DNA of 64,000 nucleotides from Barthelona sp. PCE (lineage: Eukaryota). Location: positions 496,001-560,000 of the forward strand of contig JAUFOR010000003.1 of NCBI GenBank assembly GCA_040285745.1, in the 5' to 3' direction. Shown here in pieces: positions 11,156 through 22,400 of the stretch. The first letter of the stretch is position 1. Every line of letters begins with the position of its first letter. Under the pieces are notes generated by a model. That model made no database searches, was not told where the DNA came from, and saw only the letters and a program-made list of their open reading frames with translations. The translations under genes and the position numbers were made by a program.

Positions 11156-12016
11156 TTACTCATCAACTGCTTCCATACTTTCAATATTTAAACTTTCAAT
11201 GCTCATCATGTTGATCCCGTGTGCTAAGTCCTGATTAAAATGATCTTCTTCCTCATTTTCCCTCAAAAACTGAAGTAAATTACTCAGCAACTTATATGAC
11301 AAATTTGATACTGTTCCCAACAAGATTGGCATCGTAAAAACTGAACAGGAGAGAGGAACCATTCTAATCATTGAAAAATGATACAAATCTGTTGAATTAA
11401 CAGCGACAATACATTTAGCGTCAGCACTGGCTTCCTCCAACGTTGTACAATCAATCACAATCTGCATATCTTTTGAAATAAACCCGTACGCTTCAAGAAC
11501 AATAGGAATACTGGCAAGATCTATCCGTACAACTTTTTCCGCAAAGCTAGGTAACATAATATCGTTTGTTTCTGTTAAAAGTGCAACTGGGAGCACGCAG
11601 TCGTATAATGCGATGAGTAGCGCTACTGACATTGCTGTAAAGATAGATCCAGCATCAGCACGAATACGAAGATCAACATACAGAACCCACCTCCTACTCT
11701 CATCAATTTCCAGCTCTGGAAGCTTAAGCTGAGCGAAAATATTTGTGTATGTAGATTCCTCAAAATCAAGAGGATCACGCTGACCTCTTTTAGAAATATT
11801 GAAATTAAAATGTGATTTAGGATTCGTTTCTATCTCTGCTTTGATGCCACAGATGACCGAAGTGTCCCCAAGATGCACAATAGATGAACCATTTGCAGTG
11901 CCAGAGACCCCATACGCTACTTTAACTGGTCGAAAATCCAATCGCTTTCTTTGATCAGCACGCTGATCAAGATCCATCATAGTCCGCACAAATGCAACCC
12001 CGTTATGCGAATGCAT
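11156..12016 (-). CDS. Exosome core RNase PH-type subunit (RRP42/RRP43 class)
   Basis: RADQRKRLDFRPV...GTANGSSIVHLGDTSVICGIKAE and WVLYVD....DAGS. Confidence 0.88.
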   Translation of the reverse strand: MHSHNGVAFVRTMMDLDQRADQRKRLDFRPVKVAYGVSGTANGSSIVHLGDTSVICGIKAEIETNPKSHFNFNISKRGQRDPLDFEESTYTNIFAQLKLPELEIDESRRWVLYVDLRIRADAGSIFTAMSVALLIALYDCVLPVALLTETNDIMLPSFAEKVVRIDLASIPIVLEAYGFISKDMQIVIDCTTLEEASADAKCIVAVNSTDLYHFSMIRMVPLSCSVFTMPILLGTVSNLSYKLLSNLLQFLRENEEEDHFNQDLAHGINMMSIESLNIESMEAVDE

Positions 12017-12076
12017 CGGTGAAAAGGGTATTTTTAAGTTTTATACCCATCTCAATACAGCTTTTTTTACATTTAA

Positions 12077-12694
12077 ATGAGCTTTCAGAATTATAAAAGG
12101 GGTGTTCTCGAACGTATGCAGACAGATGACCGTTCAAAAGCCGGTGGAATCGACATTTTGATTAGGCCTTTATGTGAAGCCTTCAACGCAATGGATGACT
12201 ATGTAACACTTTCTTCTTGTTCAGGCCGCATTTGTTTACTTCATCAAACCGCAAGAAACCAGAAAAATCAGTGCGAATGGCCAATTACAACCCATGAACT
12301 AGCTAATCATGTTGACTTTGCAGTCCAATACGAACGACTGATCTATGATGATGATACAGAGTACTCAAACGAGAGGCTCCTCACCTTGCGCCTTGAAGAC
12401 ATTATTCTACATGTTGCATGCGCTAATATCGATCTCGCAAAAAAACTCATGAACAAATTCTCACAAATTGGATACAAAAAGCAAGGTATTATTAGTGTGA
12501 AAAACAACAGAGCAGTTGTGGAATTACGTGGATCCAACCACTATAGCATGCCTCTTATTATTGGTAATGATCAAATTGTTCCTATCGAAGCTTTTGAATC
12601 TTTAATCCGTTTATGTAATGATCGTATGACAACTGGTCATACTAAATTAGCTGAATTGACCGAGCATATTGTTGGAATCTTAAGTGAATCTTAG
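12077..12694 (+). CDS. TYW3: tRNA wybutosine-synthesizing methyltransferase 3
   Basis: DRSKAGGID..I..L...N..DDYVTLSSCSGRI and E..ILHVAC motifs. Confidence 0.93.
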   Translation: MSFQNYKRGVLERMQTDDRSKAGGIDILIRPLCEAFNAMDDYVTLSSCSGRICLLHQTARNQKNQCEWPITTHELANHVDFAVQYERLIYDDDTEYSNERLLTLRLEDIILHVACANIDLAKKLMNKFSQIGYKKQGIISVKNNRAVVELRGSNHYSMPLIIGNDQIVPIEAFESLIRLCNDRMTTGHTKLAELTEHIVGILSES

Positions 12695-13093
12695 ACTATT
12701 AATGAAATTTTCTTGTTGACGAAGCAGCTTAGTTTGTTCTTGCAGTTTTAAATTTTCTTGTTGAATCTCTGACTTTTCTTGAACTAAAAGTTCAAATTTC
12801 TGTTCAGTTGTACGATTCTTTCGTTGTAAATCTTCAATCGTTTCATTCTTGTTGCACAATTCTTGACGAAGATTTGCAATCTCTTGCTTTAAGTTATAAA
12901 TGATGTTGCGTGCTGATTCAAGGTCTGATTCACTTCTCTCAAACTCATCACTCAACAAAGAAATCTGTTTTTGCATAACAGCACGAGGCACCATTGTTGT
13001 TTCAATTGACTGCACTTTTCGCATATGCAGTTTCTCCAACAGTTCTAACTCAAGATCCACGATGTCGGTGTTAAAAAGATGCCCCTCAGACAT
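12680..13093 (-). CDS. Small coiled-coil protein
   Basis: 137-aa heptad-rich ORF whose 3' end overlaps TYW3 by 15 nt. Confidence 0.75.
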   Translation of the reverse strand: MSEGHLFNTDIVDLELELLEKLHMRKVQSIETTMVPRAVMQKQISLLSDEFERSESDLESARNIIYNLKQEIANLRQELCNKNETIEDLQRKNRTTEQKFELLVQEKSEIQQENLKLQEQTKLLRQQENFINSLRFT

Positions 13094-13204
13094 GTGTAAA
13101 ACCAGTAATAATTTCGTTTAAAGGATAAAATATGACAAACGCGTTGTTTTTCGTTATCTGTTCCTTTTCTTCTGTCATAACAGTAGAATCTCACGAATTT
13201 CACT

Positions 13205-14686
13205 ATGGCAACCGAATCCCGGGTCTTAAATTTTTTCACAGCAAACTATGGTATTCCACTAGACGCAGAAGTGGTTGATCTGTCCGGTTTATGTACTTCT
13301 ATGTTCCTTGGGCTTGAAATATTCACGAATCTAAAGGTTTTGAACCTAAGCGGTAACAGGTTATCAAGTTTAGCTTATATGAACGTTCCTCCAACACTTT
13401 GTGAATTGGACTTGAGCGGAAACATCATAGATTCTCTGGATAAGATGGGTAATCTACCCAACATAAAGGTAATTAACGTCTCAAACAATCGTCTTAATAA
13501 TTTCGAAGGTTTAGAACGCTGCACTTCATTAGAAGTACTTATTGCTGATAACAACCGCATAAGATCGGTCGACAACATTGCTCATTTGAAAAAGCTACAT
13601 ACCCTGAAACTGGAGTATAACACAATAGAAGTTGCAACCGAGTTGAGATCCCTGAGTTACGCTAAAGGACTGCGCTCGCTCTTCCTAAAGGGATGCCCGC
13701 TTGCGAACAGCCCAACATACCTCGTCGGTGTTCATCACATGTGCCCCAATGTCAGTCACATAGATGGTCGTCTTATTAGAGGATCACAACATCATCACAT
13801 CACAAGATCACAGCGAGATCCACAACAACCCCCCGTGCCTGTGCAAAGGGAAAGACGTGCTCGGGTTGTGCCCAAAAGAGTCCTTGAGGAGAGCTCAAGG
13901 ATTAAAAACATTGACTCGGAATTGTCAGACATAGACAGTGCCATTGAAGCAGAACAGCGTGCCATCATTAGTTTGGACGGTAATATTAATGTTGAGACCG
14001 AGAGAGTTGTTGAACCTAAGTTTACAATAACTCCTTCTAAGATTCCTTCAAGAGTTCAAAAATCACCTGTTCGTGAGTTATCACCTGAAAAACCAAAGTA
14101 TCGTACTGCAGTTACGCAAACTGTTGAGAAAAGTCTGCAAATGCCTCAGTCAACCAATACAAACAGACGCCGCTCATTCAGAAGAGATGAGAATGGTGAA
14201 GGGGATGAACTATTGCATAACGCGCGTAACGATTACTACAGGCGGCGTAGCTCAAGTATGACGCTAGAAGTTGCCCCACCGGAGAAGAAACCGAAAATGA
14301 CTGTGTTTGATAAAGTCATAAAGGAAGAGAAAAAAGAAGAATCATTTTCTGTGGAAGAAGAAGTTGATATTGAACCCTTTGGATTTGGTGAGCGCAAAGA
14401 AGATTTGAGTGTGCCTGCTTTCGACAGCGACCTTGTTCCAAGAAATGCACTTGGTGTTTTAAAGTTACTTGCTCGAGAAATAACTCCTCCAATTAAATCT
14501 CCTCCACCTCTTGAAATCGAAGCCGATGAGAATGATGTTGAGGTACTAAGTTCTGAAGTCAATGATGCAGTTTTCATGAGCCCTGATGATATTAAGGGGA
14601 TGTTTAGACAAAAATTAGATGACGAACGTTTGAGACGAGGATTGGACTACAGTATGTTCAGTCCACTTCGAGGTCAAAGCGATTAG
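13205..14686 (+). CDS. Leucine-rich repeat (SDS22-like) protein with disordered C-terminus
   Basis: Repeated LxxLxLSxNxI units followed by an LRR-cap (L.L.GCPL...PTY). Confidence 0.9.
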   Translation: MATESRVLNFFTANYGIPLDAEVVDLSGLCTSMFLGLEIFTNLKVLNLSGNRLSSLAYMNVPPTLCELDLSGNIIDSLDKMGNLPNIKVINVSNNRLNNFEGLERCTSLEVLIADNNRIRSVDNIAHLKKLHTLKLEYNTIEVATELRSLSYAKGLRSLFLKGCPLANSPTYLVGVHHMCPNVSHIDGRLIRGSQHHHITRSQRDPQQPPVPVQRERRARVVPKRVLEESSRIKNIDSELSDIDSAIEAEQRAIISLDGNINVETERVVEPKFTITPSKIPSRVQKSPVRELSPEKPKYRTAVTQTVEKSLQMPQSTNTNRRRSFRRDENGEGDELLHNARNDYYRRRSSSMTLEVAPPEKKPKMTVFDKVIKEEKKEESFSVEEEVDIEPFGFGERKEDLSVPAFDSDLVPRNALGVLKLLAREITPPIKSPPPLEIEADENDVEVLSSEVNDAVFMSPDDIKGMFRQKLDDERLRRGLDYSMFSPLRGQSD

Positions 14687-15609
14687 TTTTTATTGGAGTC
14701 TATTTTAGGCACAGCGACAACCCATGGTCCAGGGAATCTTACCTGCCATAATTGTACAAGCATAAGGACAAACGGTGTGATAATAAGAATGATTGCCAGT
14801 ACAATCAAAAAGGCAAATCCAATCACAAAATTGTAAATGAATGCACATACTGCACTGAATAAAAGGCATACAAAATCAAATGCTACTCTATGATGATAAT
14901 TTAGAGCAAATCGCTTGGTACTAATAATCAAGGTATGTGACAGAGCAAATGTCAAAAACACAAGAGCATATCTGGTATCTGTGAAGCGGCTACAAAGAAG
15001 CAATGATGAAGCAACACTACATCCAACGCTGAAACTATGATTACCCATTTTAATTTTCAATCCTTTGTTCTTTTTATGATTAGCAAAGACAACATGAGCA
15101 GCCCAAAGACCAAAAACAATTAGATATACGGTATCACTTGACCAATGCTGAAACATTATACACAAGGGTTGGAAAACTAATAATACAAAAACTGGTACTA
15201 TAACTAAATTTCCATTAAGGTGTTTTAGAATGAATTGGGGAAGATCATTAACCATTAGGGAAAATGTGAATAAGAAATGCATTCCTATGGCTCCTACATC
15301 CGATTGTTTGCATGCATTGAAAACCAAAAATATCATGAGAATGGTCGAGAGACGGTACGACACACTGAGTGTAACTCCAAATGGTGAAACAAAAAGCTTA
15401 TCTCTTTTCTTTTCAGAAGCTAAACTGTGTAAAAATGTACTTTTATCTATTTCGTTGTCCTTCATAGAGCCCTTCTCGTATAAAGGCCGCAGATGAACCT
15501 CTTTTTTCATCTGTATTAACGGCCTTTGATAGTTACATTTGAAACATACTGTATCTTCATCACTATCGTACAATCCACCGCATACTGGGCAAAAAGCAGC
15601 ATGATTCAT
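14683..15609 (-). CDS. PIGC: GPI-GlcNAc transferase subunit C (PIG-C/GPI2) with N-terminal zinc-ribbon-like extension
   Basis: PLYEK....DN.ID..FL near the N-terminus, multiple TMs, LLCSRF, and C-terminal GPW..A.P. Confidence 0.82.
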   Translation of the reverse strand: MNHAAFCPVCGGLYDSDEDTVCFKCNYQRPLIQMKKEVHLRPLYEKGSMKDNEIDKSTFLHSLASEKKRDKLFVSPFGVTLSVSYRLSTILMIFLVFNACKQSDVGAIGMHFLFTFSLMVNDLPQFILKHLNGNLVIVPVFVLLVFQPLCIMFQHWSSDTVYLIVFGLWAAHVVFANHKKNKGLKIKMGNHSFSVGCSVASSLLLCSRFTDTRYALVFLTFALSHTLIISTKRFALNYHHRVAFDFVCLLFSAVCAFIYNFVIGFAFLIVLAIILIITPFVLMLVQLWQVRFPGPWVVAVPKIDSNKN

Positions 15610-15663
15610 TGTGCAAATCAAAAATTAGAACCCAAAATATTAAGAAAGGGGGGAGATAGCTTT

Positions 15664-16724
15664 TTACAATTTTCTGAAAGCAACAAAACCTTCGGCATTT
15701 CTTGGACCCTCATATTTCACTGTAACACGCGCGCGCGGTGGCAAAGCAAGATAATCAACGCCAGTTAAACCTGTGATATTACCATCAGGGTGAGGCTGTG
15801 TAACGGTACGACCACTTGAATGATGTACAACATAACTGCCGGAGTTAACAGCAGTCAAAATAGGATGTCCGTTTACGAGTATCTTAATGGTAGGCTTTCT
15901 CTCTGAATAAAATCCGAAAGTAAATTCGTACAATCCAGGTAGTTCGGTTATGATAGTCGATTTACCTTGAGTAAATCTAAAGTTCTCAGGTGCTGTGTTT
16001 ACGAGTTCTACATCCCATGGAATCATTGATTTTTTGGTGATTCTGCCACTCTTCCATACAAAACGCGCCACACATGTCTGGAGGCATAAACCATCCAATA
16101 CTGCCCTTTGGCTCTCCACAAATCTGTCAAATGAAGATGATGGGAGCCTAGATTCAAGATCTTTCCTTAAATCTGAATAATTACCCACTATGTTATCATA
16201 GTTAGAATCTAACTCGCTCCTTACTGTTCTAAGGATGTCATTAATCTCCTCGACTGATGGCTTTGTTCTAAGATCAGAACTCATGGAAGATAATTCACGT
16301 TCCACATTTTCTAATGACATTTTATGTTCTGAAAGTATATCATTCAACGTATTCTGCATGCTGTGAATGTTCTGCGCAGTTTCGTTCCTCAAAATGTTGA
16401 TAGAATTTTCAACCTGATTGAACACATTATTAACTTCTGTTGTTGATGGAACATTGGCAAGAATATCGTTTATCTGCCTATTTGACTGCTCAAACGTGGA
16501 AACATCAAGTTTATCATTTAAAAGATACTCAAGCTGCTCATGATCAACTTTACCCTAAATATAAGCAACGCGGTTTCGATGGGGCCACAACATACACTTA
16601 ACTTTTCTCCCATTCTATCGTTTAAACTATCAATCTGCATTTGCATTGAACAAAACGTCTGTCTGATGATATTCTGAATGTTTTTCCACCCATTAAGCCC
16701 TGACAAACACTCTTCGGTGTTCAT
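15664..16724 (-). CDS. Coiled-coil protein with C-terminal C1q/TNF-like beta domain; two exons (16724-16596, 16554-15664)
   Basis: Removing the 41-nt intron joins ORFs 16518-16724 and 15664-16425 in frame (..GEKLS|GKVDHE..). The C-terminus IPWD..VNT..ENF......I....PGLYEFTFGF is C1q-like. Confidence 0.8.
16555..16595 (-). other. Spliceosomal intron, 41 nt
   Basis: GTATGT...GCTTATATTTAG on the minus strand; removal restores the frame. Confidence 0.85.
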
Positions 16725-16770
16725 ATTTTAAAATATTTTAGTGAAAGGGTACAAATACAACAATACACTT

Positions 16771-17787
16771 TTATTCTTGTTCTGCAACTTCTTCGACAAT
16801 TTCTTCAACAATTTCAACTGGTTTTTCTGTGACTTCGATTGGTTCTTCAATCTTTTCCTCTTCCTCCTCTATCTCTTTTTCTTCTTCAACGAAATCTGGA
16901 ACTTCCAAGGCAGCTAGTTCATCTTCCAAAGCTTTATCTATATCATCAGCTTCGATTTCAAAGTCAAAGTCCTCTGCTACAATCGAATCAGTAACTGCAA
17001 TGTGACTACTATTAACTACACCTTCAGAAGGAGCATATTCATCAATCTCAACAGTTGAATTAGCTAACTTTTCCAAAATTGATTCACATAAGACGTTAAT
17101 GGTCTCATAATCTCCATTACTAAATGCAGAAAGTGTCTCAACCAAATTAGGTTCCCTAATCAAAATACTATGATTTTCTTCCAGATCTGCAAAAGAACGA
17201 ATGATATCCAAAACATTAAGGTGCATAGGCCCCATCTCGTTCTCGTTCAGGAACTGTAGTAGGCTTTCCAGACAATATTTAACACGCGGAAGAACAAATA
17301 AATTGTGTGGATGACTTGCAAGTGCACTAAGACAAGAAATGCACCATTTTGTATACTCTGGTTCATTTAAAAGCTGTGAGATCCTACAAACAAGACCGTC
17401 TTCGCTTGCGACAAGCGTCTGATTGTTAGGGAGAATGGCGCAAATATCAAGTACTTCAAGAATTAACAACTTTAACTCTGATGAATCAGTTTCGTATAAA
17501 ATCTTGGCCAAACCGGGTAGCAATGACTCCTCGTTCACAATAAATGTATCGATTGTGGGATCTTCTAGTAAAAGGCATTGTAAAATGCTAAGAATTGTGA
17601 TCTGGAGTTCTTGCACATCGTCCTCCAGTAATGGAATACAGACAGACTCGATAAAGCCTTGGTAATGTGCCAATTCGATGCGATTGTGCTGATTTTTGCT
17701 GAGGACAAGCAACTTTTCGGCTGCTTTTACACGCTCCTCATACTCCCCGTCCAGAAGCTGCTGAAAATACTGCGGCAAACGATTCAT
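16771..17787 (-). CDS. Armadillo-repeat protein with acidic tail
   Basis: Repeats of about 42 aa of the form N...L....G.V..L..LL, and a Glu-rich C-terminus. Confidence 0.8.
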   Translation of the reverse strand: MNRLPQYFQQLLDGEYEERVKAAEKLLVLSKNQHNRIELAHYQGFIESVCIPLLEDDVQELQITILSILQCLLLEDPTIDTFIVNEESLLPGLAKILYETDSSELKLLILEVLDICAILPNNQTLVASEDGLVCRISQLLNEPEYTKWCISCLSALASHPHNLFVLPRVKYCLESLLQFLNENEMGPMHLNVLDIIRSFADLEENHSILIREPNLVETLSAFSNGDYETINVLCESILEKLANSTVEIDEYAPSEGVVNSSHIAVTDSIVAEDFDFEIEADDIDKALEDELAALEVPDFVEEEKEIEEEEEKIEEPIEVTEKPVEIVEEIVEEVAEQE

Positions 17788-17974
17788 AAGCTCAATACAA
17801 CGATGAAAGCTTGAAAAAAAAATACAACAAGTTCATACTTCCTACTAATATTATCTACCAGCATAAATACACTGCATTTGAGGGATTTAAATGATGCCCG
17901 CTTGTATAACTTAAGGATAAACGTGCTTTGGCAAATATCTCCGTTCCCTTTCAGACTATATCAAGCTTTAAGCA

Positions 17975-19370
17975 ATGTTGCTTCTATTCAATACTTCTGG
18001 CGGCTACTTTTTGTACAAAGTTAAGGACACAAATGCTCTCAAACAACCTAACAAGTTCCACAAGCACTTAGGAGAAATGTATTCCTTCATTTGTGCAACA
18101 TTTGCACAACATAGACAGCGGTAAACAACTAACATTTAGCCTGGAAGTGCAAGCCTTTGAAAAATTCAACAGCCTCGAAGATTCTACTGAGGCTTGTCGC
18201 GTTGTTTCCGATAATGATGTTCCTGAATCTTTGAAGAACTTCCTTAAGAAGAATATCGAAGACCTCTCCTCTGAAACTTTAATCGTTGACGACCCTAAAT
18301 TAGGTAATCAGCTTAAAGGTGATTTGGGCCTTAATTTCATGTTCGATAACGTCATGATGGACCTTTTCCGCTCCATCCGTACTCAGATTGACACTTTCCT
18401 GGAAGAATACTCTTCTTCTTCACTCAAGAACACTTCTGTTGGTGTAGCACATAACCTCTCTCGTTATCGCATTCAGTTCTCTGCTAATAAGCTCGATACC
18501 TCCCTTATCCAGGCTGTAAGCATCCTTGAGGATCTTGACAAGCAAATTAACATGATTTCTATGCGTATCAAGGAATGGTACGGTCAGCACTTCCCCAATC
18601 TCGAGAAGGTTGTTAGTGATATGTTGAACTACTGTCATGTTGTTGATATCATTGGCTTTTCAGTCAATGCACCTGATAAATACGATGAATTGGTCGATGT
18701 TATCGGTGAAGAACTTGCTGATGAAGTAATTGCAGCTTCTAAGTTGAGTTCAGGTGTTGATATCACTGATACTGATCTTGATGTTATTCAATCTTTTGCT
18801 AAAACTCTTATTAGATGTATTGAAAGGAGAAACCGTATTTCTACTTTCTTACATAACAGAGTTGAAATCATTGCACCCAATGTTGTCCATCTTTTAGGTC
18901 ATACACTTGCTGCAAAGATGATTTCTCATGCTGGTTCCCTTATGCAAATGGCTAAGTGGCCTGCTTCTACCATCCAAATCATTGGTGCTGAAAAGTCTTT
19001 CTTCCAAGCTGTCAAAGAAAACCACAAGACCCCTAAATACGGTTTTATCTTCCAGAGTTCTATTGTTTCTGGTACTAACCCTGATTATAAGGGTAAAATT
19101 GCTCGTCAATTAGGTTGTGAACTTGCAAAATCTTCCAGAGTTGATGGTTTCTCTGAAATGGAAGAGAAAGAAGTCACTATCGGTTACGACGGTAAGGAGC
19201 GTCTTGTTAAATCAATCAGCGAATGCAACAGTCAGAAGAAGAAGAAGACTGAGCGAGGATCAAGATATCAGAGCGGTGCTGGAAGATCACGTTCAACTGG
19301 TTACAATAACAGGCATGACGTCCAGATGGGCAGGAACAGAGGTCCTCCCCGCAAGAAGCAGAGATACTAA
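17975..19370 (+). CDS. NOP58: Box C/D snoRNP protein NOP58 (NOP56/58 family); two exons (17975-18078, 18140-19370)
   Basis: Exon 1 is MLLLFNTSGGYFLYKV. The NOP domain has AHNLSRY, RIKEWYGQHFP, PASTIQIIGAEK, TPKYG and KGKIAR. Confidence 0.88.
18079..18139 (+). other. Spliceosomal intron, 61 nt
   Basis: GTATTC...ACTAACATTTAG; removal joins the conserved NOP58 N-terminus in frame (GEI LEVQAF). Confidence 0.92.
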
Positions 19371-19416
19371 TATCAATAAACAACTATGTTTAACCTTTTA
19401 TTACTTCTTTTGGGAA

Positions 19417-22400
19417 ATGTTTTCTCCCATCAGAGCACTTGACCAAATCTCTGTGCTCAAAGGGAATGAACCCCGCACACAAATTCAGAGAGTTGATGCA
19501 ACCTGCATCTATTCTCCCATTTCTAAACGGACACTGCCTTTTTTAACGAAGGACGTTGCATTTAAATACATTTTAAAACGTGCAGTGTTTGATTTACGGG
19601 ATAAAAATGGTGTTATTAAGGTGATTCAACGTGTATCTTCAGAACCGGATTTTTTTGAAGATTTTTGCTACATGATGTCGACTGCGGCCCCCAATAAGCG
19701 AGCTTTTCTTGTTATTTGTGTCGTATCGTCCACAGTTTTTGGAAATCTTACTAACGAACAAATATCTAAGCTACTTGACTTTTATAACTTCCAGAAAGAT
19801 GACATGGTGCGGGTAAGTGAGAGAATGAGGAATTTTATATTCAATGAGGCAAAAATGAATATGAAATTTTTTGATTTTCTTCTAGAGTACTGTTCAGATC
19901 AGCCAAACTTTTTTTCACTTGCAAATATCATTACAGAAAACATAAGTGGGTTCCCAGCTTTCATATACAAACTTAGAAGCAAGAATATTGCATTAGAAGA
20001 AAATCACATCTTGTTACCTCAATGGAGATATTTTGCTTCTTCTTCTTTTCTTTTGAGTAAGTTCAGAGACACGATAATTGATGCCTTTTTCGACGATTCT
20101 GTCTTTAAATATGTTAATCAAGTTGTTTGTTTGACAGAAGAGACCGCTACAGCATATCTTGAAGTACTTGTTTCAAGATCTTTAACGCTAGTACATGCTT
20201 GGTTTTTATCACGTTTGTTACAGGTTGTCCCAACATCTGTGATTGTTAGACTAATGATTGATGGTAAACTTGAAACCAGAAATATTTTACAGTTTTTTAA
20301 GTTTCACTCTTTCTTAACAAAAAACAATAAGTTATCTGCCCCTCTCCTCCGGTTCATGTATCTATTTGCCAAAAATAATGATGAAGTCAAAGAATCATTG
20401 CTAAAGTTTCTACTACAGTCACCTGTATCCATTGTTCAGTTTATTGGATTTCCTGCCAATCACACCACATTCCACTCAATGTTTGTGGAAGCAAGCTTTG
20501 AGGATCGGATGATGATGCTGGAGGCCATAGTTCGGCATTCTCCCATTGGGTTCAATTCCTTTCCGGAATGTATACTTGTTTTCATGCAATGCATCCTCCA
20601 AAAGGCAGGATCGATCCCATTTGCAAGGGAGTTGCACTTCCCTCGTGTCGCGAATGTTGATAATTGGGAATCTATTCAATTACTTTCACAGGTACATATT
20701 CCAAACAAGAAATTTAATAATTCTGTTTCTATTGACCTCCCATTGCTCCCTGTGGATCCAAAAAACCGTGAAAGGCCCACAATAGGACTTGATGCGTACG
20801 AACCCATTCCAAAATCAACAGTTAATGCACCATTTCCACTTCCATTGGAGACTATACATGAACATGGTCGTGGATGGAGTGCATCCCATTATGCAAGCGT
20901 TGCTCTGGCGTGTATGTCAACAAACTATATTTCGACAGATAATCTTGAAAAGGTTTTAGTGTTTGTAAGCAGGCGTCTCAGAACTAACTTCCATCTCAAT
21001 TTCTTAAGACAAACCGAGGCATTGCTGGATGCGCTAATCGAGGTATTGGTGGATCTTCTGCCCTTCCCGCCAGAGTTAAGTATAAAGGAAGAAATTTTGG
21101 ACAGTATAGTCAGTAGTGCTACAGATTTGAATATGCCTGACACTGTTATACGCCCACTCCTTTTCTTTTTTAGTTTTCTGGGATACGATAAGTATGGATC
21201 CGAACTAAACAAGGTGTTTAGGTTAAAGAGTGATACGATTGCTAATATCGTCACATTCTTTTCTAGTTTGTTTGACAAGCACCCAAAGGTTTTCCATGCA
21301 GTGTGGCGCTTCTTCCTGTTTGCTGACCATAACTCAAAGCAGACGATGAAAAAAAAGATTTCCATTTTGACAAATGTTTTAAAGGACGGATCTATCCTAA
21401 CATTACAATTTGCACCTGTTCTGCTTGCCGGCACCCTTGTTGAGAAATACATACCCATGAAACTACCTCTTACAAAAAATACACACGCACAATTTTTCAG
21501 TAACACACGACATTATTATCCAGCATTCGCGAAATCTGTGATATGGCGTCATGTTGAAGTGGGTGTCACGGCGCTTTGCACGCTCTGTCTTCGTGAATAT
21601 GCGCTTTTCCAGACCGGTACTATTGGGAGTATGCCAATCATCATGTTTATTTCTCGCTCCCTTTCTGATACAACATGCGCAATTGTTAGAGAGCTGTGTC
21701 ATCGTCAGACAGGCAACGATGCAATCCCTCCCTTCCACATGCATGCGAATTTCTCAAAAGATTCACAAGCTGAATCATTGTTTGAGCATCTGGTTGTCAC
21801 ATCACAAAATCTGAGAGATATCGAACGGGAGGACCGCAATGCTATACTTGTTGATATGTTGTCTAAGCTCAAAGATGATCACTCAGGTCTCAAGTCTGTT
21901 TTTGATGGTAGACGCTATCATCTCGATAATATCGATGCAGATGCTTGTTTCACGCTAAAATCACATGCCCGTGTGCCGTTATACATTAGTTTTGGAGAGG
22001 AACCCGTTGATCTTGATGAAACATTGGAGATTATTAAGAAATCCATTGCAGAGGAAAATTTTCAACAATACAGAACTGCGCTACATTCTTTAGCTGTTGG
22101 AAAGCAGCTTTTACTTGCAAATGGTACCATTTTTGAGTATTTACGTACTCATGCAACTGAAAGTATTTGTGACTTTTCAAACTTACTGAACCGTTACACT
22201 AATCTGATCAACTATCTTAATGAAAGCAACGAATCCCATTTCTTCAACAAAGCAGTCATCGTCAAGTCGTACGATGACGTCAGGTACGATCAGTTCGTCA
22301 GCTCATTTGTCAAAAGAATGTATAAGCGCTTAGCCTCAGTCAATGATGTTTTTCTGTTCTGGTATGATATTGCGCCACTAAGTTCAGATTCAGGAGTCAT

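Noticed and set aside
19117-19416. Apparent 254-nt overlap of PI4KA with NOP58
   Set aside because: Arises from a GTG start call; the first ATG after the NOP58 stop (19417) is the sensible start.
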